64,000 nt of DNA from Vermamoeba vermiformis. Taxonomy: Eukaryota. The DNA lies in the NCBI GenBank assembly GCA_045837725.1, contig JBEWZL010000260.1, positions 372,001 to 436,000 of the forward strand, given 5' to 3'. Every line of letters begins with the position of its first letter. The first letter of the stretch is position 1. This document shows positions 35,583-52,509 of the stretch, piece after piece. Below the pieces are notes generated by a model that worked only from the letters and a program-made list of their open reading frames with translations, ran no database searches and was not told where the DNA came from. The translations under genes and the position numbers were made by a program.

Positions 35583-37327
35583 ATGACGCGAATATCTAAT
35601 AAACGACGAAGGATTTATTTATTAGTCCTTGTGTCCCTTGTAGCCTTGGTTACTTTCAGCTACGCGCCACTGGAGTTGCGATCCACCGACTACAACGAAA
35701 AAGAATCGCATTACAACATTAAGAAGCACGACGCTGAATTTGTATCGGTGGATGCATGTTTAAATACTTGGGGCACGGACCACAAAGGTAAGAATGATCT
35801 AGATCTTTTTGTGAGTATTTACTGTAAACGAGCGGACAAAGGAAAAAATGCAGTTCAATAGCTATATTTATTATAAATATGCATATTTCGAAAAGAATGA
35901 ATCAAACATAAGCAAGCAAATTTTGCGTACATATCCGTAGATCGGTTAACTCAGGCACTAGGTTTACGCGCAATGCCTGCAGCAAATACGCGAAAAATAA
36001 ATATAAATTGATCCCTCCTTATTTAACAAAATCGAGCAAAAGGGTTAAAAAAACAGAAAGCCCATCTGAGGCTAAACGCCGTTTACAGTACCCTGTTTTG
36101 ATTAATGATTGGCTGCCCGCAATACTACTTATTAACAATAGATTATATTAGATGTAGAAGATAATCGAAATAAAGACGGCTGCCCTACGCGGATGCCGCT
36201 GGATCTGGTTGACGAATACACAATGAACGGATCAATCGGTAATATATACCCCTGTAGTATTGCGAATTTAAACTAATTTAACGAGGTAATAGGAGTAACA
36301 GAGTGGTACCAGTGTCAGACCGGTGCTAAATACGATGCCAAACACGTTTACTCCAGGCAACAGTTTGAAGGATACATTCAATCCATACAAGAGGGTCGTG
36401 CTAACTATTACGGCGATACAGATCTGTTTTTGTACAGGTAAATTTCGGACGCCGCTTCCTAATTCCAAAAAAGGAATAATTAAATTTTTATGTAGTCCGT
36501 ATAAAACGATATTTTTATCTCACTATTCCTTATTTAGGAGTATTAAAGAACACCCCATTAAAGGCAAGCATATGGCGATCATGGGCAGTCAACGACCTAT
36601 TTATGAAAGTGTGTGCCTTGTGTACGGCGCTCAGACCTGCACGACTATCGATTTTCAGCCTATTATTATGGAATATGATGACCCGCGGCTGAGGTCAATG
36701 ACAATTGCGCAGTACGATCTGAATCCAGTACGCTTTGACGTCGCGATATCTATCTCGAGCTTTGAACACGATGGACTGGGCCGGTAAAGATCATACAGAA
36801 TACTTATGTAATATATAACAATACTAATGGTATTCAAAGGTACGGAGATCCCATTCGCCCGGACGGTGATTTGGAAATGATGAAAAAAATGAAGTGCTTG
36901 CTCAAACCCGACGGAATATTGCTTTTATCCGTGCCTATCGCCATGTAAGTGCATCACTTATAATATTATGATTTGATAAGTGTTAACGAAGACATTTAAA
37001 CAAAAGGGACAAAATCGTATGGAACATGCACCGCGTGTACGGTCAAGTGCGATTGCCGCGATTATTGGAATATTGGACCTTATTAGATGTCTATGGTGAT
37101 AATCATATGACAGCCAGATGGAGCGGGTGAGTCGAGCGGATCCAGATCCAGATCGCATAGTGTTTCGTTACTTACCTTTTATCATCAGATGCGATGCAAA
37201 TAAAGAAGGAGACTATCAACCAATATTCGTATTGCAAAATAGAATTCCACCACGCGGTCACAACGACAAAGTAATGGCAAAGTATCTCGATCCGGATTTC
37301 ATACCACAATCGTGCTTTGCGAACTAA
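35583..37327 (+). CDS. DUF268-family (methyltransferase-like) protein with N-terminal signal anchor
   Basis: AIMGSQRPIYE, FDVAISISSFEHDGLGR|YGDPIRPDGDLEMMKKMKCLLKPDGILLLSVP, DKIVWNMHRVYG; type II TM RRRIYLLVLVSLVALV. Confidence 0.8.
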
Positions 37328-37476
37328 AATAGATGTAATTAGTTAAAACTCAATAAATAAGCTCTAAGAAGTAAGTTCTTCTGAGCGCCGAATTTTTTCA
37401 AAGTCTTAGACTTACCTTGTTTCTTGTACGTGGCAAGTCTGTTGTGCCAGTTGTTTTCGTTTCTGGACACGTGCCC

Positions 37477-38237
37477 TCACTTTGCAAGGCCTAAAATATT
37501 AGGACAATTGATATTGGAGTATATTAGCCGCTTTATTGTTGGTCTGGATTGGCACCAAGCAAAAGATCAGCGTCGATCGGTGACTCGTCTTCATCGAGCG
37601 TTAATTGATCAATAAAGCTCTTCTTGGCCTCTAACAATGCAAATAACTTATTCAATTGCTCTTCTTGCGATTTAAATGCGTTTTCAATCAGCTCTGCTCG
37701 TTTTGCAGGATCCGATTCTCCATCCACTGCCGCTCTGCGTAAATATTGTCAGTAATTTTCTTAATATTTAAATAAGGTGCACGTACTTTACGGAGCGGAG
37801 GCAATCTGCTTGGTGGAAAGTGACATTTTCTTTGAGCAGATCCAAACTGTTCTTCCATTCCGTTTGAAAGTCTGATTTTAATCTAACAACGGTTCTATCT
37901 AATCTATTTAATAGTCCGCTAGTTTTCTTATTGATAGCGTCTGTAGATTGCTGCTTGAACATGTCCTGAAATTTATTTCGATCCACGACCATGTGATCTG
38001 CGTAATTAAATCAACAAATGCTATGAAAAATAATGCTAAAATTAATAAAAATTATTTACTTGGTGGCGGGACTGAAGCAACGGCTGCAGCATTTTTGAGC
38101 TCATCTGTTGACGTCACGGGCAATAATCTGACGAATCGTTTCTTGGCTTCATCGAGAGATAATGCTTCGAGCTCCGTTTTCTTAATGGAGCCTAATTTAA
38201 ATACTTCGAAAATATCGACTGATTGTTGTTCTGCCAT
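37477..38237 (-). CDS. Hypothetical alpha-helical protein (~200 aa); 3' end either 37533 or spliced to 37477
   Basis: ORFs 38052..38237, 37768..37992 and 37533..37727 can be joined by GT-AG introns. No recognisable motif. Confidence 0.55.
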
Positions 38238-38367
38238 TTTGATTTTATGCTACACTGAGCGAATCTTTTTTAGCGTAAGCTTTATTGACAAAATAAGAAT
38301 ACAATAATACAAGTCATTACACACAGTAATTAACATATGAATATTTGAAATTACGAGTGAACAGATC

Positions 38368-39449
38368 TTATGTCTTCTTTGTAAACAGGGATTCGTTGAT
38401 TGAGTACGTGCCAAAGATCTTATCCCACAATGTAGAAGTGGTAGCCAAGTTCTTAGCATTGCCGTAATATCCACTAATATAATGGTGCGTGTCGTGGAAC
38501 TTGGTTTGCGTGTGGAACGGCAAGAAACGTAGCGGACTGAAAGGGAACTCCCAGCCCGTGTGATTAGCGATGTCGACGCCCGTACGAATGAATATATAAA
38601 GGTATAATACGAAGAGAGTAGGACGGAATATAATCGCAGCGAGAAAAGGACCAACACTGACTGCTAACATTTCAAGCGGGTGGATGTAGTTCGTGGATAA
38701 ACCAGTAGGCTCTTTGATTTGGTGATGAAAAGCATGCACATTCTCCCACAGCCATTTAACGTTATGAAGGGCGCGATGATTCCAATAAAACCTGAAATAT
38801 AAAATAGTGAGCTTTAATTCTCCGTCTGACAGTTCAAGAGCTTACCATAGGTCATCAACGATGCTCATAGCATACATTGTCAGCGCGATTTTGAACAAGC
38901 TGGGAATTTCGTCGGTCGGCTACCAGCAGAAAAACGTGGATTAGATTTGCCGCGGGAATGGATTCGAACAAACGTAACATACCTTGATGAACATAGGGAA
39001 TAAAATTAAGCCAGCAAACGAAGAAGCAAATAATGCAAATTGCGAGATCATACTAAAGTGTCCCTTGGTTAACGAGATCACAGATTGGGTTTAATGTGAA
39101 TTACCTTTGCTTAAGTATCATCCAGAACGGATAATGCGTGCGCTCTAGAATTAATAGGATGTTAGAATTTCTATTTAATGGGACACTAGGATGAAGTGTA
39201 ATATTTTGGAGAAATAATTGATCCGAAAGAAGTTTTACCTTGTTTATAGACGATTTTGTATTTATTGTAGTACGCCTGCGGGCTAAATCTATCCAAGACC
39301 TCTCCAAGCACAGAAATAATAATATTTGCTGATATTGAGCAGAAGTAAGGAATTAAAACCCAGATCAGTAAGGAGTTGTCGTGGTGGTTGTCCACAAACG
39401 ACGTCCAACGCGTTTGCACGGCTTCAGATATGACTCTTATGGTATCCAT
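38368..39449 (-). CDS. Sterol desaturase / fatty-acid hydroxylase superfamily (ERG25/ERG3-like)
   Basis: His boxes FYWNHRALH, HAFHH and FHDTHH; YIHPLE, NHTGWEFP, LWDKIFGT. Confidence 0.88.
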
Positions 39450-39612
39450 TATGACGACTTACAATTGATTAGATTTAATTCAGTCGCCTAATTTTAGAAG
39501 GCGTCTTGCGCTTAGAAAACTCGCAGCTCGTAGTCCGAAGGCAGAAAATTCAGAAAAAACAACTAAAAATATTTCATAATACTTTATTTTAACGTCTACA
39601 ACATTGCTCAAA

Positions 39613-43289
<3,677 letters not shown>

Positions 43290-43416
43290 AAATAAACCCT
43301 AACCCTTGACAAAATAATTTAAAAACAAAAATTTGCAAGTCCAGATATTTTTTTTGAGATTCAGGTGGTTATTTTATTTTACATTTTGTACCTTATCTCA
43401 GAGGTATTCATTATTA

Positions 43417-45451
43417 TTATACAATCATTTTGTTGAATTCAGAACTGAAATCAACACCCACGCCAGGGAACGTGATGAACTTGAAAATCATCGACCAGAT
43501 CTCCAACGGCAACATTTCCGCGAAGACATGGCTTCTTAGCGCTATCATTCTAATGCCACACATAGTCATTCCAATATCGATTTGTTGTCGCAAATAATTG
43601 CGTTCCAAAACTTGTGCAATGTCTTGTGGCAGATCCGGCAAAATTATCGTATTGAGTGCCTTATTGACCATCATTAATTCTCGTAGTTTTGGCAGCCACA
43701 AGTGTCTATTAGCCAAGAACGATCGATTGTAGGTCGTAAATCTCAAGTACGAGATTGTTGTGTTGTGTTTCAGTGAATGGAACAGATCTCCGATGCAAAA
43801 TGAACTGATCGGCGTGCTGAGCTGCGTGATGGACTTGTTGTTTTCTAATAGTGGTGCTATAACATGCAAATTATTAACGAGATATTGATCGTCAATGTCG
43901 AGTTCGATGGATCTGATGGATTCGTTTTGTTGCAAAAATTCTGAGAATTTCTTCAAGGTCTCTAATTCATCGATTCGTAGTGTCAGTGATTTTAAGGTCT
44001 TATTATAGGCCATAGACCGTATTAATCGCTCTGCCACGTCATCATCGAGGTACTCCACTACAGTCAATTTTTTCAGTGTTGAATTGACGTCCAACAGATC
44101 CGCTAGTAATTGCACTTCGTTATCTTCTTCTGACAGAGACCACTGCAATTTCAATTCATGAATATTTTTGTTCTTTTTCAGTGTTTCACAGAACCGTTGC
44201 GCGCGTGAATTGTCAATTTGAACGCAATCCACCTCCAATTTGGTCAAATTTCCTAATGTGTACCGCTTCGTTCTCGGCCACGGAAAAACTCCGAGACGCA
44301 ATCTCAATGACGAGATTTTTCTGTTTTGGCGGAGTAATTGTTGAAAACTTTGCGACAATTTTGGGGTGACTTCCAAATAAGTCAATTCTAAGGCTGTAAT
44401 GCTCGTGTTTGACTTGATAAATTCGTGCAAAGCTATCATGTGGTCCGGTGAGACCTTGTTTCCTAAAAAGGTAAGCCGTTGAATGTTCTTGTTGTGGCAG
44501 ATCATCTCGCCTAAGGATTCGATGACCAGATCTGATTCAATTTTTGTTTCTTCTATTCTAAGCGTTCGTATTCTCTTATTTTCTTTCATAATTTTGATAA
44601 TGAATTTAATGCTTTGCTCTGTAATAGTTGTTTTTTTGATTGTAAGTTCAGATACGGATTGGTTCTTGATCAGACTTTCAGAAATGATCTCCCATTGCTT
44701 AGTAGTCAGTCCTTCAGCACAAATATGCACTCTTAATAGCGTTAATGTCGCTATCAACGCTCGTTTGAAGATCTCGTTTGCTGGCAAATCCGATCGGATC
44801 AAAAGATCAGTTAAACCAGCGATAATGAACTTCTTCTTCTCTTTAGTGAACTTCTTGACGTCTGATTCATTCGTTGTAATGTAAATCTGAAATAGAGCTA
44901 TAATTAGAGCGGAGATTAAATTGAGATTGATCAATTTTTTGTTCGAACGAACTTACTGGATCTTGAATCAAAGTCGTTGCCGTAAGTCTTTTGCAATCAG
45001 ATAGGGCATTCTTAAGCATATGGACTTCTTCTACGGATATTTCGCTGGTTGAGAATTCGATTGATTCAAGTTTCTTCATCGATCTAATGGATTCAATCAA
45101 AATTTGAAAAGTGTTGCCTTCAAATATGACTTGATCGAATCTTATTGCAGTTATTCGACTATTTTGACGTAGTATTTGAGTAATGTATCCAATATTGCGT
45201 TCGTTCAATTCCATGTTATGAAATCGTAATCTTGAAATGGATTCGTTGCCAATGATTCCAAGAGAGATGAATTCCCATTCGTTCATATGAAATTCTTGTT
45301 CACTAATTTCCAAGCATTCTAGCGATTTGCTAGCTTTGATGGCGCGTTGAAAATATTTGGTGGCTTTCATGGGAATTTTCAAATTTAGCTCTTTCATTTG
45401 TGCTATTACGAATTTTTCATGACGCGCCATAAGCTTATTAATCTGGTCCAT
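43417..45451 (-). CDS. RNI-like leucine-rich repeat protein
   Basis: Two ORFs are joined by a GTAAGT..TTTCAG intron (~44887-44956). Repeats read L..N.SI..L.L (NTSITALEL, NSTLKKLTV, NKTLKSLTL, NTTISYLRF). Confidence 0.8.
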
Positions 45452-46012
45452 AGTAGTAGCCGTAAATACCTAAATATAAGGAAATATTTTTTAATAAAAA
45501 ATTGAAAATCAAGATCTTTTCTTTACAAAGCAAGGAAAATTTACTTATATAAGTAATTTAATAATCTTATAGACCTACTATAAGCTTTTTTTTGTTCGTT
45601 GCAATTTCACATCTGAAACTGTTCACAAATAAAAAATACTTACAGGACGAGCAGATCCGCTGTAGGCTTTATAAGCCATATATACAACAGCGCGCATCAT
45701 CTTCGTCTGTGATCAGCTGTTAACTTTCGCTTAATTCAATGTTTCGAAATCTAAGAATGTATTATTGTGTGCCGGAGCTAATTTTAGTAATTTCATGCAG
45801 ATCCACCGGAATCATCGAATTCGAAAATGATTACCCCAAAAACACGCAAAATTATGATACTGGCTATTATAAGAATCTGTTTGAAGCGAAATCAAGCCTT
45901 ATTTTTTTTTGGATGTGGAGCGCGCATGGTGCATCCGCGGCGTCAACGAACTAATAATACTTATTAGGCCGCCTAATTTAGCACGTAGCAGTTATATTTT
46001 ACAAAACAGTAT

Positions 46013-49000
46013 TTAATTGGAGGCTAAGAACAACGTTGCCAACAACATAAAGTTTTGCCAGTACAAGCCCTGCAGAAAAATTAGTATTAACATTTACCGC
46101 TCGTATTATAATATGTATTGTCGCATACTATCATACTTACATCAGTAATACCGTTAGCAGTAATCAGGCCCGGAATTTTGAATTTTTCAGTGAGATCTAC
46201 TATAATCGCCGCTCGTTTAGACACGTCATTTTCGTTCAAAATTTTCTTCTTGTCAATGAGACTAGGAGCGAATTGATGTAATATAGTCGCATAGGCCGAC
46301 GAGTCCTAAGTGATGATTATAGTTAGGATCAATATGGTAGCATAGACTCGTGTAACACGTGCCTTGAAGTCCTTGGTGATGTCGTCTACTTGTTTTGACA
46401 CGCCATTGGCACGCAAGGTGTGATTGACCTAAAATAATAGGACCATTAATTATGGCATATCATTGTTGCGTTTTAAAGATTGGTTGTCAAACAAGGTAAA
46501 TTGTTTGTGACTTGTGTCAAAGTGTCAGTTCGTGTCACTTACCCACTTTAAGATTAACTTGTCCGAGGCCAATCGCACCATATTTTCCATGTCGTCGCCA
46601 CTGTCCATAAATTTCTTGATTAAGTTTTGATTTTTCTTCATTTTGGTCTCCAAGCCGACTTTGATAACTTGCCAAATGACTTTGAACAACATTTCTTTGT
46701 TGCCTTTGACCAATTCTTTTGTATCAATGTCGTTCATTCTGCATCCGACAGCGCGGCCAGAATTCACGCAAAGATTCCAATTTTCAATTTGATCACGTGG
46801 CTTGACTTGGATCTTAAAATTGATGACACGCACATCCAAAGTGTTCGGGATCATTTTATCGAAGAATTTGCTACGATAATAACCATAATAAGTATACTAT
46901 CATATATAGTAATATCTAATATTCATAAACGTACCACATAACGATTCCATCGGTCAGATCTGCCACGTGTTTATCGACAGAACTAGCTTTGAGTGGCAAT
47001 TGGCCCAAAGCCTTGACTTGCGCATCATCTATATATATTGTTAATATAGTATATACTATGCGTAATGTTAGTACGTACTGGCAAGCGTGTTGTTGACGTA
47101 GTTGAACAAGATCTGGATCTCTTCAGGCCCGTATTCTTTGGGAGCAGTAGGATCACCAGGCATGCCTCCGCCACTGTTGCCACCACCACGTGCTTGATGA
47201 TATTGCGCACGTTCTGCCTCAGCTTTGGCACGCAATTCTTCGAGCGAATTTCGCTTTTTAAGTTCAGGCTTTGGCGCTGCAAAAAAAATAATTGTGAGTT
47301 TTATTTATTTCCTAATTAGGAAATATCGCTGTGTGACGTACCGGGAGTATTGGCGATTCCTTTTTTAGCAGCAGCAGCGACAGCTCCTTTTTTCGGTGAC
47401 GGCGTTGGTTCAGCAACGGTATTGGCACGAGGACGTTGTTGTTCTGCTGCTTTCTTTTTAGCCTCTTCTATAATAGGCAATATTAATATCGGAGTTAAAG
47501 CCGTAGAATTTAAATTCAATTTACCTTCTTGTTTTTTCTTGGCTTCTATTTCTTTCTTTTTTGCTTCCTCTATATAACAAAAGGTTATATAGATGTAATA
47601 TAATATTATAGCAATATTATTATTATTATGTACCTTCAGCTTTCTTTTTCTTCTCGTCTTCAATGCGTTTCTTTTCAGCCGCTTGTTTTCGCTCTTCTTC
47701 TTCTTTCTTTTTCTTTTCAGCTGCGCGTCGATCCTCTTCTTCAATCTCGCGCATTAATCGCTCTTCTTCCTCTAAATATAGAACAGAAGGTAAGATTTAA
47801 AATTTAATTTTTGAAAGATCCGATCCAAAACTTGCCTTGAAGAGCCTTTAATCGCTGAGCGGCTTCTTCTTCGCGCTTTTTCTTAGCCTCGGCTAATTTT
47901 CGATCTTCTTCTTCTAATTCTCGGCGAATTAACTCTTCTTCCTCTAAATAAAGAGTTGAAGATTATTTCCTTTTTAGGAAATATTTTGTACTGGCGCAGA
48001 TCTAACATTGACTTACCTTCTAATCGTTTCCTCTCCTCTTCTTTACGCTTACGCTCTTCCTCTTCCTTCTTTTTATTCTCTTCTTCGCGTCGGATCCGCT
48101 CTTTTTCTTCCTGCTCGCGATTTCGTTCAGATTCAATACGAGCTCGTTCTTCTTCCTCTTGTCTTTGATTAGCAGCTAATTTTTGTCGAATTTGTTCTTC
48201 TTCTTCTTCTTCTCGTTTCTTTTCCTCTTCTCGTCTTTTATTTTCTTCTTCTTCTCGTTGTTTCTTTTCTCGATCCGCTTTTTCTTTTTCTTGTCTTAAC
48301 TGCTCTTCTTCCTCCTCTCGCTTTCTATTCTCTTCTTCTAGTCTCCTCTTCTCTTCCTCTTGTTTCTTTTTCTCTTCTGCTTCTCGTTTACGTTGCTCTT
48401 CAGCCTCGCGCTCTTCGCGTTCTCGTTGTTCAATGCGCTTCTTGCGCTCTTCTTCAGCGCGTTGTTTCTTTTCTTCTTCTTCGCGTTCTAATTGCTCTAT
48501 ATAATATTAAATTAATATTTTTAAACGATTTGTAAAAAGATCCAAATTCAGATCTTACCTCGAATTCGTTTTCTTTCTTCGTCTCGCTTTATCCTCTCTT
48601 CTTCTTGACGTTTCTTACGCTCTTCCTCTTCTCTTTCTTCGGCCTCTCGTTGCTTTCGTCGTTCTTCTTCGCGGATGCGTTGTTTTTCTAATCGTTCCTC
48701 TTCCGCTCGTTTTTCTTCCGCTTCACGTTTTAATCGTTCTTCTTCGCGTTGTTTTCTCTTTAATTCGCGCTCTTCTTCCTGCTTTTTTGCCTTTAAGCAC
48801 AGGACAAATTAGTTTTTGAAATCAGATCCAAAATTAAAATTCAATACAAATGCCTGCATGAGTTTACAAGGCAAAATATTATTGCTAAGTACTCACTTCA
48901 TCATCACTAGAAGGCGAAGTAGCATTTAAATGAGTCTGCGAAAGAGATCTAGTCACAGAACCGATCGAGTCACTCGTCGCTACAACAGTGTCGGCAGTCA

Positions 49001-49876
49001 CGTTCAATTGTTTTCTGAATTCTTCTCGTCGTCTTCTGCGCTCTTCTTCTTGACGTTCCTATAAATTATTCGTTAGAAAAGCTCTACTATTACAATAAAA
49101 AAAGGATAAAAGTTCACTTTCCTAGATCCGCGTAATTTCAAGTTTAATTTATTATTATTAACGTTGTATATACGTACCTCTTCTTCTTGGCGCTTGCGTC
49201 GTTCTTCCTCGCGTTTTTTCTTTCGCTCTTCAAGTTCTTTTTGACGTTGCTGTACGAAGCCATTAGAATTGTTATTAAAAACCTCCTAGTATATATACTA
49301 GGCCAGAATAATTACCTCCTCTTCACGTTTTTCTTCCTCTTCACGTCGTTTTCGCTCTTCTTCGCGTTGTTTGCGTCGTTCTTCGAGTTGTCTGTTGAAT
49401 TCTTCCTCTTCTTGACGCAATTTTTCTTCGCGCTCTTTACGCAATCGTTCACGCTCCTATTTTTAAAGGAAAAATGTTAATCTTTATAGTAATATTCATG
49501 ATGATTTTATCGTAAGGAAGGCTATAACTGTCAAAGCAAAATTTGATCTAGATCACGAAGATTCTTCGCGAAAAAATCGATTTAACGATGAACTGTGCTA
49601 TTAAAAATACGGACTATTAATAAGGGTTCCAAATTTATTAAAATTTGCCATTTGGTAGAATATCTAACGAAGATTTTTTGTCAGCGTAAAATTGATATTT
49701 TTCTAACGAAGCTTTAACAAACTGCCTTATAATCATAATAATAAAATAAATAGTATATGTACCTGTTTTCTACGCTCAAGCTCCTCTTCTTCTTTTTTCA
49801 GTTCGAGCTCACGCAGTTTGCGTCTTTCTTCTCTTTTCCGCTCGAGCTCTCGTGCGGCCTCATCGTCCGAATCCAT
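46013..49876 (-). CDS. ER/K-rich single-alpha-helix/coiled-coil protein with C-terminal tandem calponin-homology (fimbrin-like) actin-binding domain
   Basis: Multi-exon MDSDDEAARELERKREERRK..EEERKRREEEE. C-terminal LTDGIVL..MIPNTLDVRVIN..ENWNLCVNSGRAVGC and LILKW|VNHTL..KDFK|DSSAYATILHQ resemble fimbrin ABD1. Confidence 0.8.
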
Positions 49877-50133
49877 TTACAGCTATTTATATATTAATAT
49901 TATTAATTAAGGACTTGATCTGTTGCTGCCTCTTTCGATCAACGGACAAAAAAATCAAAACTTTGTCCGCGTCATTTTAACCGTTAATATTATTATGAAC
50001 ATACACACCTCACATTAGCCTAATATTTAGCTATCAGGCAAATTATTAAAGCCTAATTCAGCTGGCATGAGAGGTGGATTTGATTAAACGAACCTAGAAT
50101 TCCGAAATATATTGTATTTAACACTGTCACACT

Positions 50134-52037
50134 ATGTCATGGACACTAACATTATCGTTGATATTGCCTGCAATATTATTTGTGGCATTTATGCACCAAA
50201 CAATTCAGAAAATTAAAAAGTCAGCCTATGTTTATCCATCTGAAGCAGTAATTGATCAGACACTACCGCCGGTACGTATATATATAGTACTATATTATCG
50301 TATAATTTTTAAGCGTGAATTTGGATATTTTTTGTTTAACTGAAAAAGACCCGGATTCTAATTTTCAAATAAACTCGTAGGAAATTCTCGAAGAGGTGCT
50401 TATGAACTGTGATTATAAAACAATATTAGCATGCTCTTCAGTGAGTAAATATTGGTGTTATCACGCCAACAAGAAGCAGATCCGTGACGTAGTGTTTTCA
50501 AAAATGTAAGTAGATCGAGCTCAGAATTGAGTGTAAATTTGAAAGGTATATTAGTAGTAATATATTAACATACGTTATTTATAGTGGCCAATCACGCGCA
50601 ACTATTGAAGAATTGGGAGCAGATCTTAGAACACCTTTTGATTTAGCGAAGCTAAAATGGCTTAACTATCCCGTACGTCTATATATTTAATCTATTATTT
50701 CGGTATTAATACGGAAATTTCCTTATTTAGAAGGATTACAGTGCGCAATGGCACATCGAAGATAAACTTATTGCAGATCGACTTGGAAAAACGCTTATTG
50801 ATGCTGATTCAGCGAGCTTAGTCAAGTTAAAAGTAGCGCTAGGTGCTCCTGCATATGGACCTTATCATAACTCTGGAAATGCTTCAAAGTAAGCTCAAAT
50901 CCGGATTTGTAACGGCGCAACGCGAACTTTCCTACGCTCTAATATTCATATAGAATATATTTGTCGCTATATACTGTCCATATTAGCGATATTTAACTAA
51001 TATTTGCTTCGCAGGTATTTAGCCAAGCTGAGACTAGAAACTAGCCATCAGAACGACAAAGACTGGTTGTTCCGCAACAACGAGTCCAATTACTTTACAG
51101 TGCCCAAAGAGACTATTGCCCCGCATTGGCGATTTTCTGCTGGCAGCGTCGTAGAAATCATCGTGGATCTGCCCTATGTTCAGCAGCATTACTCGCAGTT
51201 CCCGTGCTTCTATAGCTATCGAGTTATGGACCCTGCGCCTAAGCTTGCCGGTAAGACTAAGTATACATATTTATTTAAATACTCTATTATATCCTTATTC
51301 ATATTTATTGTCGTTTTTAAGTGGATGCGCAAAAACTCATTTTTAATTTTTTTTAAGGGCTTATTAGACTTAATACGAATTTATTGTATATACTCTTCCT
51401 ATGGTACACGCCATGCGTATTAGTAGACTATTGGGCCAGCACTAATCCAAACAAATTTTGGGTCGATCTGCTCCTCAGTTTCATCGGCGCAGCAGGACAA
51501 GGATTTATTGGCTCAATTGTTATATGGGACCACGTGAACGAGCCCAATTATAGGAAAAGAGCAGCAGCGATATTTTTACCAGCAGTATTATTCACTATTG
51601 GCCTATTATTTATTTTTTCAAGTTGGGCCCGCGAAGTTTTTTATTTGACTGCATTAGTGGCTGGCTGCTTTATTTATTCGGGACTAGCGCACGATTATTA
51701 TAAGAAGGAGGGATTTGAATTTAGAATGTTCGTATTATTTGTGGCCTATTGTCTGGTCTTGACGATGAACGATTGGCGACTGACAGTGGATGCGTTCAAA
51801 TCTGGTGCAATTTTGTTCACTTTCATTAGAAACTTTGTGCTATATGCAGCGATAGTATTATTTGCTATTATAATCAACTTCTTGCGTCATTGCGCGCAAA
51901 ACTTAAAGCTGGATGTAGCGGCACTGATCAGATGGGAGAAGAGCACTATCGAATTTCTCGCTTGGAATACTGTATCTGTTCTATTTGTAACATTGTATGG
52001 TCCACTAACCTCTCGGTTTATTAAAGAAAGCTACTAA
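50134..52037 (+). CDS. Membrane protein: N-terminal TM, F-box-like motif, multi-pass (about 7-8 TM) C-terminal domain
   Basis: Spliced TLPP|EILEEVLMNCDYKTILACSSVSKYW is F-box-like; ORF 51384..52037 is a series of hydrophobic helices. Confidence 0.65.
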
Positions 52038-52230
52038 ACTGAAAAATTAAAACGAGAAGCAGATCCCATTTCTTATTTTCAAATTTTAAGTTATTATCTA
52101 CACATTTACATGTCTTTGCTAGGCTCATTAATTGCTTCCAGCGACACAGTTATCTTCAACTGAAACTGATGTGTCACTTTCTTTGGATTCACACTCTTCT
52201 GCTGGAGGCTGTACTTGTTGTAATTCCATG

Positions 52231-52509
52231 CTAATTGGTTGTAACTCTGGGGGCTTGTATACCAGGTTGGTGCTCTTGTTGTGGTGCTACCTCCAAGGGA
52301 CTTGGTGATCCCACATTGAGATCAATATAGATGTCAAAGTCTTTTTTTCGATAACACCGTTGACACCAAAACCAAGGTAGTTTTCTCTTTTCTTTTGGGG
52401 GTGGTGGAGGTACTTCATCCTTTCTAGCATCAGGAAAATGATAAAAAAAATCTGTTTTCTTAAGGCGGCACACTACACAAAATTTCTTGGTTTTGCGCTT
52501 GTAATTCAT
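52231..52509 (-). CDS. Small ORF with two CxxC pairs (possible Zn ribbon), uncertain
   Basis: FCVVCRL...WCQRCY plus a poly-Pro segment; splice-like signals upstream; no family recognised. Confidence 0.3.
   Translation of the reverse strand: MNYKRKTKKFCVVCRLKKTDFFYHFPDARKDEVPPPPPKEKRKLPWFWCQRCYRKKDFDIYIDLNVGSPSPLEVAPQQEHQPGIQAPRVTTN

Noticed and set aside
44867-44956. Apparent frameshift between the two LRR ORFs
   Set aside because: Explained by a canonical GTAAGT..TTTCAG intron that restores the frame.
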